Assembly: GCA_963709875.1 (NCBI GenBank) | Contig: CAVPYB010000012.1 | Location: 545,154 to 609,153, forward strand | Origin: an uncultured Chloroflexia bacterium | GTDB lineage: Bacteria; Chloroflexota; Anaerolineae; Anaerolineales; UBA4823 | DNA: 64,000 nt | Direction: 5' to 3' | Part shown: piece by piece, positions 39,081 through 50,964 of the stretch | Numbering within the stretch: position 1 is the stretch's first letter | Layout: the number at the start of each line of letters is the position of its first letter | Translations under genes and position numbers: made by a program | The notes under the pieces: model-generated | What the model was told of the DNA's origin: nothing | Database searches by the model: none | Seen by the model: the letters and a program-made list of their open reading frames with translations, nothing else

Positions 39081-41260
39081 ATGATCACTCCCGACCGCAT
39101 CGTCTCCACCACCTGCCCCTACTGCGGCGTGGGCTGCAACCTGGAGCTGCACGTCAAGGACGAGTATATCTACAAGGTGACCTCGCCCTTCGACAGCGTG
39201 GTCAACCAGGGCAACCTGTGCGTCAAGGGCCGCTTCGGCTACGATTTCATCTACCACCCGACGGCGCGTGACCACCCCGCTGATCCGCGCGCACGCCCCA
39301 GGCAGCCGGGGAGCGCACGCAGGCCTTCGATCTGGCCGAGTGGCGCGAGCCAGTTTCCTGGGACGAGGCGCTGGATACGATCGCCGACCGGCTGGTCGAG
39401 ATCTACCACCGCGATGGTCCCGAGGCGCTGGCGGTCTACTGCTGCGCCAAAGCCACCAACGAGGACAACTACCTGCTGCAGAAGATGTTCCGTGCCCTGT
39501 TCCGCACCAACAACATCGACCACTGCACGCGCCTGTGCCACGCCGGGTCGGTGGTGGCGCTGCAGCAGGCGCTCGGCTCCTCGGCGATGAGCAACACCGC
39601 CTCCGAGGTGATCCACAGCGACTGTCTTCATCGTCACCGGCTCCAACACCACCGAGAACCACCCGATCATCGCCCTGCAGATGAAAGCCGCGGTCGAAAA
39701 ATACGGCGCCAAGATGATCGTGGTCGACCCGCGCCGCATGGAGCTGTGTCGATTTCGCCGAGCTGTGGCTGCCGCTCAAGCCGGGCACCAACGTGCCGGT
39801 CTTCAGCGCCATGGCGCATGTGATCATCAAGGAAGGGCTGGTAAACCAGCGATTTCATCGAGCCAGCGCACCGAGGGCTACGCTGACTTTGCCGACTCGG
39901 TCGAGAAGTTCACCCCTGAGTACGCCGAGATGGTCTCCGGCGTGGACCGCGAGCTGATCGTCCAGGCTGCCCGCATGTACGCCAGTGCCGAGCGCGGCGC
40001 GATCTACTGGGGCATGGGCATCTCGCAGCTCTCGCACGGCACCGCCAGCGCCCTGTCGCTGATCCACCTGGCCTTCCTCACCGGTCATATCGGGCGCCAG
40101 GGCACCGGGCTGAACCCGCTGCGCGGCCAGAACAACGTGCAGGGCACTTCCGACATGGGCGCCATGCCCTACCACTACCCCGGCTACATGCTGGTGGACG
40201 ACCCGCAGAACGCCGGCCACTGGGAAGCGGCCTGGAATATCGAGCCCGGCGGGCTGAACCAGAAGCGCGGGTCTGACCACCACCGAGATCCTGTCGCAAC
40301 GCCCACCCGGGCGGGGTGCGCTGCGCTGTACATCATGGGCGAGAACCCGATGATGACCGAGCCCAACCTGAACCAGACCCGCCAGCACATGCAGCAGCTC
40401 GAGTTCCTGGTCGCCCAGGATCTGTTCATCAACGAGTTCGGCGCCTTCGCCGACGTCTTCCTGCCGGCCACATCCTGGGCCGAGAAAGAGGGCACCTTCA
40501 CCAACACCGACCGGCGCGTGCAGCGCGTGCGCCAGGCGTCGCCGCCGCGCGGCCAGGCACGCCCCGACTGGCAGATCATCTGCGACCTGGCAAAGCGCAT
40601 CGAAGCCCGCCTGGGCCGTCCGGATTCGGCCGACTGGGATTACAGCCACCCGGCCGAGATCCTGGCGGAGATCGGCGGGTGCCGTCCCGGAATACGCCGG
40701 GGTCAAGTACGAGCGCATCGAAAAGGTCGGCCTGCAAGTGCCGGTGTGGGACGAGGAGCACCCCGGCACGCCCTTCCTGTTCGGCGAGAGCTTCCCCAGC
40801 GGCAGGGGCAAGTTCCACCCGCTGGAGTACGTGCCCGGTGGTCGAGCTGCCGGACGACGAATACCCGTTCATCCTGACTACCGGGCGCGTGCTGGAGCAC
40901 TGGCACGGCGGCACCATGACGCGCCATTCCAAGCTGGACGAGCTTTACCCCGAGGCGCGGGTGGAGATCAGCCCGGCGGACGCCGCACTAGCTGGGCATC
41001 GCAAACGGTCAGGCGGTGCGCGTGTCCTCCCGCCGGGGCAGTATCGTGCTGCGGGCCGACCGTCACAGACAAAACCAACCGCGGTGTGGTCTTCATCCCC
41101 TTCCATTTCGCCGAGGCGGCCGCCAACCTGCTGACCATCGACGCCCTCGACCCGCAGGCACTAGATCCCCGAGTACAAAGCCTGCGCGGTCAAGATCGAG
41201 GCCGCCGGCGAGGACGAGCTGGCCCACCCCGAAGTGAACCTATCTCGCGGAAGGTATTGA
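39081..41260 (+). pseudogene. fdhA: Formate dehydrogenase catalytic (molybdopterin) subunit, Cys type, many frameshifts
   Basis: [25 protein letters not shown] (active-site Cys, not UGA), [10 protein letters not shown] and a C-terminal ...[16 protein letters not shown] are spread over all three frames. Confidence 0.85.
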
Positions 41261-41325
41261 TCATCAGCCGTCGACCCGTAAGGTCGCCGCGGTCAGCAGC
41301 GCGATCTAGATAAAATGACAGAACA

Positions 41326-41482
41326 GGACGTCATCGCAATGACGTCCACAGCGCCAGAATGCACTTCCGGATGAACCTGCACGTTTCGTAGAGACGCCCC
41401 GGCGGGGCGTCTCTACGGCCTGAGGACCCGTCATTCCGAGGAGCGCACGTTCCGCTCTTAGGAACGCAGCGACGAACCAATC
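41326..41482. repeat. Cluster of three REP-like palindromic modules
   Basis: ggacgtcat-cgca-atgacgtcc (41326..41347). gtagagacgcccc-ggc-ggggcgtctctac (41388..41416). gtcattccgaggagcgc...gaacgcagcgacgaaccaatc (41430..41482). Confidence 0.55.
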
Positions 41483-41495
41483 CCACCCACTCCCC

Positions 41496-42134
41496 ATGAC
41501 AGCGAAAATCAACCCCACCGACATCTTCACTCAGGAAACAATAGACCTCGGGCCCCTGATCCAGCACCTGGAAGAACTTGGCGCTTGCTCCACCCCCCTG
41601 CTGAGGGAAGACTTCCGCCTGATGCTTCTGAAAGAGGCCAATGGATACAGCTACCAGCCCGAAGATGAAGTGGTCAGCAGCGGGGAGCGCACCGTGCGCC
41701 AGCAGATGGGCACCATCGAGAGCTTCCCGGATGGCAGCCGCTATCTCCTTCTAAGCGACGCCTTCCAGGAACTGATCGACCGCTCGCTGTCCGCCATGCC
41801 GGTCTACCCCTTCCAGAGCACCCTGACATTCAATTCGCTGTCCTTACAGAAATACGAGCCCGGCTCCATCGGCATCACCCCGCACCTGGATTCGCTGCGC
41901 TATATCAACCTGATCTGCCTGTTTGTGATCGGCGGGCAGGGGCGCTTCTTCGTTTGCGCTGACCGTGCGGGCAACGGTTCCGTCGAGATCGACGCCCTCC
42001 CCGGGGCACTGATCCTGATGCGCGCCCCGGGCTTCATGGGCTCACAGGCGCGGCCCTTCCATTACTTAAAGGACATCCCCGAGACGCGCTATAGTTTCGG
42101 TCTGAGGCAAAGGAGGGCAACAGCAGACCGCTGA
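41496..42134 (+). CDS. Hypothetical protein, possibly 2OG-Fe(II) oxygenase fold
   Basis: ITPHLDS (HxD), later PFHYL and RYSFGLRQ are spaced as in the jelly-roll 2OG oxygenase facial triad. The ORF is intact. Confidence 0.4.
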   Translation: MTAKINPTDIFTQETIDLGPLIQHLEELGACSTPLLREDFRLMLLKEANGYSYQPEDEVVSSGERTVRQQMGTIESFPDGSRYLLLSDAFQELIDRSLSAMPVYPFQSTLTFNSLSLQKYEPGSIGITPHLDSLRYINLICLFVIGGQGRFFVCADRAGNGSVEIDALPGALILMRAPGFMGSQARPFHYLKDIPETRYSFGLRQRRATADR

Positions 42135-42147
42135 CAGCTGACGCTCC

Positions 42148-42181
42148 CCCCTTCTTCTCCTAAATTTGGGAGAAGAAGGGG
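42148..42181 (+). terminator. REP-like perfect hairpin after the 41496 gene
   Basis: ccccttcttctcc-taaatttg-ggagaagaagggg (13-bp stem). Confidence 0.55.
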
Positions 42182-42453
42182 TCGGGGGATGATGAGGGCA
42201 CCCCAAAATATGACAAATATCACATATCTTGTGGTATTTTTTACACAATTGACAAGCGCTATTGCCTTTGCTACAATAATCACAAGACAATACACAACAC
42301 GCCCTCGGGCCCATATCGTCGTACAACGCCTACCCCGCAACCCTGTAACCCAGGGCCTTGTTGACCAGGGGTGCCACTGCCTACGAACATCGCCGCCACC
42401 GCCCTTACTGCATGGAGCAGGGAGGGCGGTTTGTGCATTTTATCGGAGCAGTG

Positions 42454-45400
42454 ATGGTGCATTCATCCAACTTGCCCAATCTTCAGCCCAAGCCTGCCGC
42501 AGCCATGGTGGTCGGCGGCGGGATTGGGGGGATGCGCGCCGCTCTGGACCTGGCCGACGCCGGGCTGAAGGTCTACCTGGTCGAGCACACCCCCTGCCTG
42601 GGCGGGCGCGTGGCCCAGCTCGGCTTTATGTTCCCCCAGCACGACTGCGTGCTGTGCCGCGGCACACCCGACCACGGCTACGGCTGCACCCGCCCTTCCA
42701 TCTCTCCCGCATATATCCAGCAGAACCAGCACCCCAATATCGAGATCCTGACCAACACCCACGTGGTGGATGTCGCCGGTCAGGCGGGCGACTTTACCGT
42801 CTCCCTGCGCCAGGAACCGCGCTACGTGGACCCGCAGCGCTGCATCAACTGCGGCTACTGCACCGAGGTCTGCCCGGTCGAGCTGCCGGACAGCTACCAG
42901 CAGGGCATGACAATGCGCAAGGCAGCCTACAAAGTTGCCGCCCGCGCCGCGCCGGATGCATATGTGATCGACAAAGGGCCGTACTGCGACGACTGCGGCA
43001 AATGCGCCCGCATCTGCCCCACCCACGCCATCGACCTGGAGGAACAGCCGCGCCTGCTGTCTCGATCGCGGTGGGCGCCATCATCCTGGCGCTGGGCTTC
43101 CAGACCTACGACCCGAGCCGAGCTCGGCGAGCTGGGCTACGGGCGCTATCCCGAACGTGCTCAGCGCCATGCAGTACGAGCGCCTTGCCAGCCGCTCCGG
43201 GCCGACCGAAGGGATCGTGCTGCGCCCTTCGGACCAACAGCAGACCCCGCTCCATCGCCTGGCTGCAGTGCATCGGCTCACGCGACCAGCAGAACACCTA
43301 CTGCTCGTCGATCTGCTGCATGTACGCCACCAAGGAAGCCATCCTCGCCAAGCAGCGCCTGGGTGAAGAGGTGGACTGCAGCGTCTTCATCATGGACGAG
43401 CGCGCCTTCAACAAGGAATACAGCACCTACTTCGAACGGGCACGCCAGCAACCACGGCATCCATTACCAGCGCTGCCGGGTTTCAGCGATCAGCGAGGAC
43501 CCGCAAACTCACAACCTGATCCTGCACTACGCCGGCCCGGACGGGCAGCCCCACCAGGAACAGTTCGACATGGTGGTGCTGGCGACCGGGCTGCAGCCGC
43601 CCGACTCAGCCGCGACACTTCACCCAGATGCTCGACATCGAGCTGAACGAGTACGGCTTCTGCAAGACCGATAAGTTCACCCCGCTGCAGACCATCGCAC
43701 TCCGGGGTATTCGTGTGCGGCGCATTCTCCTCGCCCAAGGAGATCGCCGAGACCATCCTCGATGCCAGCGGGGCTGCAGCCGAGGTGATGCGCTTGCTGA
43801 ACGAGCGTCTGAACACCTACCCATACAGCCGCGAATGGCCCTTCCTCTCCTCCAACGACCTGCCGCCGGAGCGGGATGTGAGCGCACAGTCGCCCAGGGT
43901 GGGCGTGTTCGCCTGCACCTGCGGTGGAACGATGGGCGAAGTGCTGGATGTCCCCGAGCTTGCTCGCCAGGCCGCAGGCTGGCCGGGTGTGGTACATTCC
44001 GAAGTCATCGAGTTCGCCTGCTTCCCCGAGACATTGGACCACATCCAGGACCGCATCCACGAGCATGACCTGAACCGGGTGGTGGTGGCAGCCTGCAGCA
44101 ACCGCACCCACGAGTCGCTCTTCCAGCGCACGATCCGCCAGGCGGGTCTGAACCCCTACCTGCTGGAACTGGTCAACCTGCAGAGCCAGTGCAGCCGGCC
44201 GCACCGCTGGCAGCCGGAACTGGCCAACCGCAAAGCGGCCGAGATGCTGCGCATGGCAGTCGGGCGGGTGCTGGTCGCCGAGCCGGTTCACAAGAAACCC
44301 CACCGCTGCCGCCCCTCCGCGCTTGATCATCGGCGGCGGCGTGGCTGGGATGACCGCCGCGCTGGCCATCGCCGACAGCGGCTACGACGTCCACCTGGTC
44401 GAGCGCACCGAGATGCTGGGCGGCAACCTGCTGAACCTGTATTACGTCGCCGAGGGCTACAACCCGCAGCCGCCTGGGACGCGACCTGATCAACCGCGTG
44501 CGCGCCCACCCGCGCATCCAGGCGCTGACCCGCACCGAGCTGCTGCGCCACCAGGGGCACGTCGGCTTCTTCCAGACCGAGCTGCGCACCACACGACCCG
44601 ATGGCACCTGCGAGACGTTCAGCCTCGAGCATGGCGTCACCATCGTCGCCACCGGCGGTCGCGAGACCCACGAACACCGCTGGCTGGCACATCCCACAGG
44701 TGATCACCCAGCGCGAGCTGGAAGAAAAGATCATCCACCAGCCCGGAAGAGATCGCCGCCCTGCAAGATGTGGTCATGATCCAGTGCGTGCACCCGGAAG
44801 GCGACGCAGGATTACTGCTCGCGGGTGTGCTGCACCAACACGATGAAGAATGCCATCCGCCTCAAGCTGTTCAACCCCGGCTGCAAGGTCACCGTGCTGT
44901 ACAAGAATATCGTCACCTACGGCTTCCGGGAGGAATACTACACCGAGGCGCGCCGGCTGGGGGTGATCTTCATCCGCTACACTGACGACGCACCCGCCGG
45001 ATATCTTCGACCAGACTGGACGACCGCATGCGAGTGCGGGTGCGCGACCTGTCCCTTGACCGCTGGCTGGAGCTGCCAGCCGACCTGGTCCCGCTGAGCA
45101 TGTCGATCGCCCCAGCGAAGGCACCAGCGACTTGGCCCAGATGCTGCGCGTGCCGCTCTCCAGCGAGGGATTCTTCACAGAAGCGCAGATGAAGCTGCGC
45201 CCGATGGATTTCATGCGCGAGGGCATCTTCCTGGCCGGCATGGCTCACTATCCCAAAGTTCATCGAGGAGAGCATCAGCCACGCCCTGGCTGCCGCCGCC
45301 CGCGCCCTCACCCTGCTCTCGCCAGGAGATCGCTGTACCTGGGCGGGGTGGTCGCCGAGGTCGATCCCGACAAATGTGTCGGCTGCCTGACCTGCACGCG

Positions 45401-45627
45401 CACCTGCCCGTTCGCCATTCCGCAGGTCATCCAGCAGGAAGGCCGGCTTGGTGTTGGCGGCCTGGGCGGCGCCGCCTTCATCGACCCGGCCCAATGCCAG
45501 GGCTGCGGCACCTGCACCGGCGAGTGCCCGGCCAACGCCATCCAGCTGGTCAACTACACCGACGAGCAGATCATGCTCAGCCGAGATCGGCGGGCTGGGC
45601 GCACTGGCAGGTTCAGGCTGGCAATAA
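42454..45627 (+). pseudogene. hdrA: HdrA-like flavoprotein with two FAD/Fe-S modules, roughly 20 frameshifts
   Basis: AMVVGGGIGGMRAALDLA, WLQCIGSRDQQNTYCSSICCMYATKEA, VGVFACTCGGTMG, ALIIGGGVAGMTAALAIA, MIQCV...YCSRVCCTNTMKNA and the C-terminal ferredoxin CVGCLTCTRTCP / CQGCGTCTGECP are recovered only by repeated frame changes. Confidence 0.8.
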
Positions 45628-45663
45628 TAGCACCTGATGCAGTAGAGGCTAGGAATAACATCT

Positions 45664-46171
45664 ATGACCAACAGAGACCGATACAACCTTCGAGCCGGAG
45701 ATCACCGCATTCTACTGCATCTACTGCGGCTATATGGCTGCCGATACCGCCGGCGCGCTGCACATCCAGTACCCGGCCAATGTCAAATTCGTGCGCCTGC
45801 CCTGCACCGGCAAGACCGATATCCGCTACCTGCTGGAAGCTTTCGAACAGGGCGCCGATGGCGTTATATCGGTTGCCTGCCCGATCGGCAACTGCCACCA
45901 CGTGCGCGGCAACGAGCGCGGCCTGGCCCGCCTGGAACGCGCCAAGGAAATTCTGGATGAGATCGGTCTGGGCGGCGAGCGGCTGGATATGTTCTTCATG
46001 TCCGGCAGCCAGGGGCACACCTTCGCCATGGCTGCCCAGACCATGACCGAACGCATTCGCAAGCTGGGACCCAACCCGCTGCGAATCGGGCAACGGGGCG
46101 CACACCCAGGCAGCGCAATCTGGGGATGCCGAGGACGGAAGATCAAGCGATTCCGCGGCCGGCGAGGCTGA
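45664..46171 (+). pseudogene. mvhD: MvhD/FlpD-like hydrogenase delta-subunit-type 2Fe-2S protein (copy 1, Cys type), frameshift after codon 3
   Basis: MTN / ETDTTFEPEITAFYCIYCGYMAADTAG...VRLPCTGKTD...GADGVISVACPIGNCHHVRGN. The 3' end is uncertain. Confidence 0.75.
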
Positions 46172-46268
46172 AATGCCGAGTCGTGATTAGGTGATTGGCT
46201 GATCGTGAGCCAGATGTCAGGAGCTTCATCAGAGATATGAACATCCCGCCAGAGAGAGTGAGGCACAG

Positions 46269-49200
46269 GTGTACCCGCTGCTCGATGACCAAGTCCGGCA
46301 GCAGGGTTCACCGGCGCAGTCATGGTCGTCGGCGGCGGCATCGCCGGCATGCAGGCTTCCCTCGATCTGGCCGACCAGGGCTTCAAAGTCTACCTGGTCG
46401 AAACCAAGTCCGCCATCGGCGGCAAGATGGCGCAGCTGGACAAGACCTTCCCCACCAACGACTGCGCCATGTGCACCATCTCCCCCAAGCTGGTGGAAAC
46501 CGGCCGCCACCCCAACATCGAGATCATGACCAACACCGAGGTCGCTCGGTGCGACGGCCAGGCGGGGAATTTCACCGTCACGGTGCATCACGCACCCGCG
46601 CTATATCGATACCAGACAAATGCATCGCCTGCGGCGACTGCGCCGAGGTCTGCCCGGTCATCATCCCCGACAATTTCAACGAGGATCTGTCCCAGCGCCG
46701 GGCGATCTACAAACTCTACCCACAGGCTGTCCCCAATGCCTTCGCCATCGAAAAGCGCGGCATCGCCCCCTGCCGGGACGCCTGTCCCGCCGGGCAGCGC
46801 GCCCAGGGCTATATCGCCCTGATCCGCGAAGGGCGCTGGGATGATGCCCTGCGGGTGATCAAGATGGACAATCCCTTCCCCGGCATCTGCGGGCGCATCT
46901 GCAACCACCGCTGCGAAGACGCCTGCAACCGCGGGCTGGTCGACGAGCCGATCAATATCCGGGCGCTGAAGCGCTTTGTGACCGATAAGGTCTACGCCGA
47001 GCCGCGCCAGCCGGTCGAGCCCGCCGCCGCTGCTGCACGACCAGCGGGTGGCCATCATCGGCGCTGGACCCTGCGGTCTGACCGCCGCCCAGGATCTCGT
47101 GCACTGGCCGGCTATCGGGTGACCGTCTTCGAAGCCATGCCGGTGCGGGCGGCATGCTGCGCCTGGGCGTGCCGGAGTACCGCCTGCCCGACCGAGATCA
47201 TCGAGCGCGAAGTGCAGGATATCGTCGACCTGGGCGTCGACCTGCGTCTCAACCACCGCGTCGACGACCTGGACGATCTGTTCGAGCAGGGCTACAACGC
47301 GGTGCTGATCGCGGTCGGCGCGCACGAAGGCATCCGCCTGCCCATCCCCGGCGCCGACCTGGATGGCGTGCTGATCAACACCCATTTCCTGCGCGATGTG
47401 CGCCTGGGCAAATATGCACGAACCCGAGGCGCGAACAGCTCAGGATACGGCAAGCTGCCCGCAACTGGGCAAGCGCGTGCTGGTGCTGGGCGGCGGGAAC
47501 GTGGCCATCGACTGCGCCCGCACCGCCGTCCGGTTGGGCTGCGAGGTGCAGCTGGCCTGCCTGGAGAGCCGCGAGAGCATGCCTGCTCACGCCTGGGAAG
47601 TCGAGGCCGCCGAGGCCGAAGGCGTCCGCGTTCACCCCGGCCGCTCTTTCGAGCGCATCCTGGATGACGGGAACGGCCATGTGCGCCGGCGTGGAGTGCC
47701 AGCAGGTATCCTCCTTCACCTTCGACGAGCGCGGCCGCCTGCATCGTCGAAAAGACCCCTGGCACCCAACACACGCTCCCCTGCGATACGGTCATCTTCT
47801 CGGTCGGGCAGCGCGCCGGTCTGGCTTTCATCCCCGATGATGCCGGCGTCGGCCTGACCGACCAGCAGACCATCGCCATCAATCCCAATACCCTGGCAGC
47901 CACTCGTCCGGGCGTATTCGCCGCCGGCGACTAGCATCTCCGGCACCGCATTCGTGATCGAAGCTGTCGACAGCGGCCACACCGCCGCCCAATCGATCAT
48001 CCGCTACCTGCAAGGCGAGCCGCTGGAGCCGCCCCCAGACCCGAGCTTCCGGTGGTACGCTTCTCCCAGCAGGAGATCGAAGATAAGCTGGCACATGGCG
48101 AGATCCATCGCCAGACGACGCGTGCCGCTGCCAGAACTGCCGGTCGAGCAGCGCATGGATAATTTCGTCGAGGTCGAAGGCGGCTACGACGATGACAGCG
48201 CCCAGGCTGAAGCCGCCCGCTGCCTGGCGTGCGGCATCTGCTCGGAGTGCATGAGCTGTGTCTTCGCCTGCGGGGTCAACGCCATCGACCATGAAATGGT
48301 CGCTGTGTCCGAGCAGGTGCAGGTCGGCGCCGTCATCCTCGCGCCCGGCTACCAGATCTACAACGCCCAGCTCTCCGAAGAGTACGGTCTGGGACGCTAT
48401 CCGAACGTGGTCACAGCCCTGCAGTACGAGCGCATGCTCTCCGCCAGCGGCCCCACCAGAGGCCACGTCAAGCGCCCCTCCGATGGAGCAGTCCCAAAAC
48501 GGATCGCCTTCCTGCAGTGCGTCGGCAGCCGCGACCAGAGCCACGATTACTGCTCCTCGGTGTGCTGCATGTACGCCGCCAAAGAAGCCATCATGACCAT
48601 GGAGCACGCCCGGGCAGAGGCACGCCAGGGAAATGGGCGACGGCGATGTGTCCTGCCAGGTCTTCTTCATGGACACGCGCGCCTACAGCAAAGGCTACGA
48701 AGAATATTACCGCCGCGCCGAGAGTAAATACGGCGTGAAATACACTCGCTGCCGGCTGAGCGATGTCAAAGAAGACCCGCAGACCGGCAACCTGAGCGTG
48801 CGCTACAACGCCCCCTACGAAGGTAGTCAGCAGGTCATCGAGCAGGAGTTCGACCTGGTCGTGCTCTCCGTCGGCATGGAGATCTCCGAGTCGGTCAAAG
48901 ACCTTGGACAGCAGCCTGGGCATCGAGCTGGACGCGTACGGATTCTGCCACACCACCCTGTTCGACCCGCTGCAAACCAGCCGGGACGGGCATCTATGTC
49001 GCCGGGCCATTCCGCGAGCCCAAAGACATCCCCGAGACGGTCATCGAAGCCAGCGGCGCCGCCGCCAGCGCGGCACGCCTGCTGGCGCCTGCCCGCTACA
49101 CCCTGGCACAGTCGCAGGAATACCCCCCGGAACGAGATATCAGCGATGAGGAGCCGCGCATCGGGGTGTTCGTCTGCCACTGCGGCAGCAATATCGGCGG

Positions 49201-50964
49201 TTACCTGGACGTGCCGCAGTGTGGCCGAGTACGCCCGCACGCTGCCCGGTGTAGTCCATGCCGAGGACAACCTGTACACCTGCTCCCAGGACACCATCGC
49301 CCACATCATCGAACAGGTCAAGGAGCTGGACCTGAACCGGGTGGTGGTCGCCTCCTGCACGCCGCTCACCCACGAACCGCTCTTCCAGGATGCCATCCGC
49401 CAGGCCGGGATCAACCCGCACCTGTTCGAGATGGCGAACATCCGCAACCAGTGTTCGTGGGTGCACTCCAACGACTGGGAGGGCGCCACGCTCAAAGCTA
49501 AGTCCCTGGTGCGCATGGCTGTCGCCCGGGCTGCCAAACTGGAGCCGCTCAAGGTCGCCAGTGTAGCGGTCAACAATACTGCCCTGATCATCGGCGGCGG
49601 CGCAGCCGGGATGACCGCTGCTCTGGCCCTGGCCGACCAGGGCTTCCCGGTGCACCTGGTGGAGCGGCAGGAGAGCCTGGGCGGCAATCTGCGCCACCTG
49701 CGCTATTTCTTGCCCGGGAGCAATGGAGACCAGGCCGCCACGCCGCAGGAATACCTGGCTGAGATCATCAGCCAGGGTGGATGAGCACCCTCTCGATCAC
49801 GGTACACCTGAAGAGCGAGCTGGTCGAGACGGACGGTTTCAAGGGCAATTTCACCTCCACACTTAAACAGTGACGGGCAATCTCTCCAGGTGCAGCACGG
49901 CGTGATCATCGTCGCCACCGGCGGTGAGGAATACAAAGGCGATGAATACGGTTACGGGCAGGACCCGCAGGGTCCTGACACAGCTCGAGTTCGAGAAGCT
50001 GCTCGGCGATCGGTCGCCGGTTGATCTCACCGCGCAGAGCGATCTCCCGAATTCAGTGACAATGATCCAGTGCGTCGGACCGGCGGAGAAATACTGCAGC
50101 CGCATGTGCTGCACGACCGCCCTCAAGAACGCCATAAAGCTAAAGGAGCTGAATCCCCGGGCCGAGGTGACCATCCTCTACCGCGATATCCGCACCTATG
50201 GCTTCAAAGAGAAGCTTTACACTCAGGCGCGCCGCGCAGGTGTGCGCTTCATCCATTACGATTTCGACCGCAAACCACAGGTGGAGTTCATCCGGGATAG
50301 CGGGGCAGGGTCAAGTGCATCATTGAGCTCTGAGATCGCCATACGCATCTGGGAGCCGCTGCTCGAGAGAGAGCTGCTCCTGAAACCCGACCTGCTCGTC
50401 CTGAGCACCCCGGTGGTCCCGGCCGATGGCACTCGCGAGCTGGCCTCGCCGGCTCAAGCTCTCGGTCGATATGGATGGCTTCTTCCTGGAGGCGCACGTC
50501 AAGCTGCGCCCGGTCGATTTCGCCGCCGATGGCATCTTTATGGCCGGCATGGCGCACTATCCCAAGTTCCTGGATGAAAGCATCGCCCAGGCGCTGGCAG
50601 CCGCCTCGCGCGCCGCCGGCATCCTCTCGCAGAAGACCATGCTGACCAACGCCCGCGTGGCGGTGGTGGACCCGCTGCAAGTGTGTCGGCTGCCTGACCT
50701 GCGTGCGCATCTGTCCTTACGATGTGCCGCTGGTGAGCATATGAGACGGCTGGCGTTGGAGCGATTCTGGGCGCAGCCTATATCGAGCCAGCCGTCTGTC
50801 ACGGCTGCGGCAGCTGCGCCTCGGAATGCCCGGCCCAGGCTATCCAGTTGATGCACTACACCGACGCGCAGATCCTGACCAAGCTAGATTCACTGTTCGT
50901 TAGCCAGGCAGATAGCTCGGGCTTCATCCCCCTGGATAGCGTGCAGGTCAATGCGGAGGAGTGA
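46269..50964 (+). pseudogene. Giant HdrL-like protein (HdrA modules with inserted GltD/NfnB-type NAD(P)H module), many frameshifts
   Basis: VMVVGGGIAGMQASLDLA. GltD-like GICGRICNHRCEDACNRG, VAIIGAGPCGLTAAQDL, VLVLGGGNVAIDCARTA, VFAAGD. Then FLQCVGSRDQSHDYCSSVCCMYAAKEA, IGVFVCHCGSNIGG, ALIIGGGAAGMTAALALA, MIQCVGPAEKYCSRMCCTTALKNA and a terminal 2x4Fe-4S ferredoxin. Confidence 0.75.

Noticed and set aside
38371-41260. Programmed ribosomal frameshifting as the explanation for the fdh/hdr frame changes.
   Set aside because: There are far too many sites (every 40-600 nt). The junctions have no shared slippery motif or downstream structure, and the same kind of shift occurs in unrelated genes.
47932-47934. 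In-frame TAG after ...VFAAGD in the HdrL-like gene as stop-codon recoding (for example pyrrolysine or read-through).
   Set aside because: Homology (SISGTAFVIEAVDSGHTAAQ) resumes in the +1 frame, not in the frame of the TAG. It is one more single-base insertion.
49871-49873. A second candidate selenocysteine UGA (…TSTLKQ-TGA) in the HdrL-like gene.
   Set aside because: The downstream conserved sequence (SDGQSLQVQHGVIIVATGG) is in a different frame, and the position is not a conserved Cys. It is a frameshift, not recoding.
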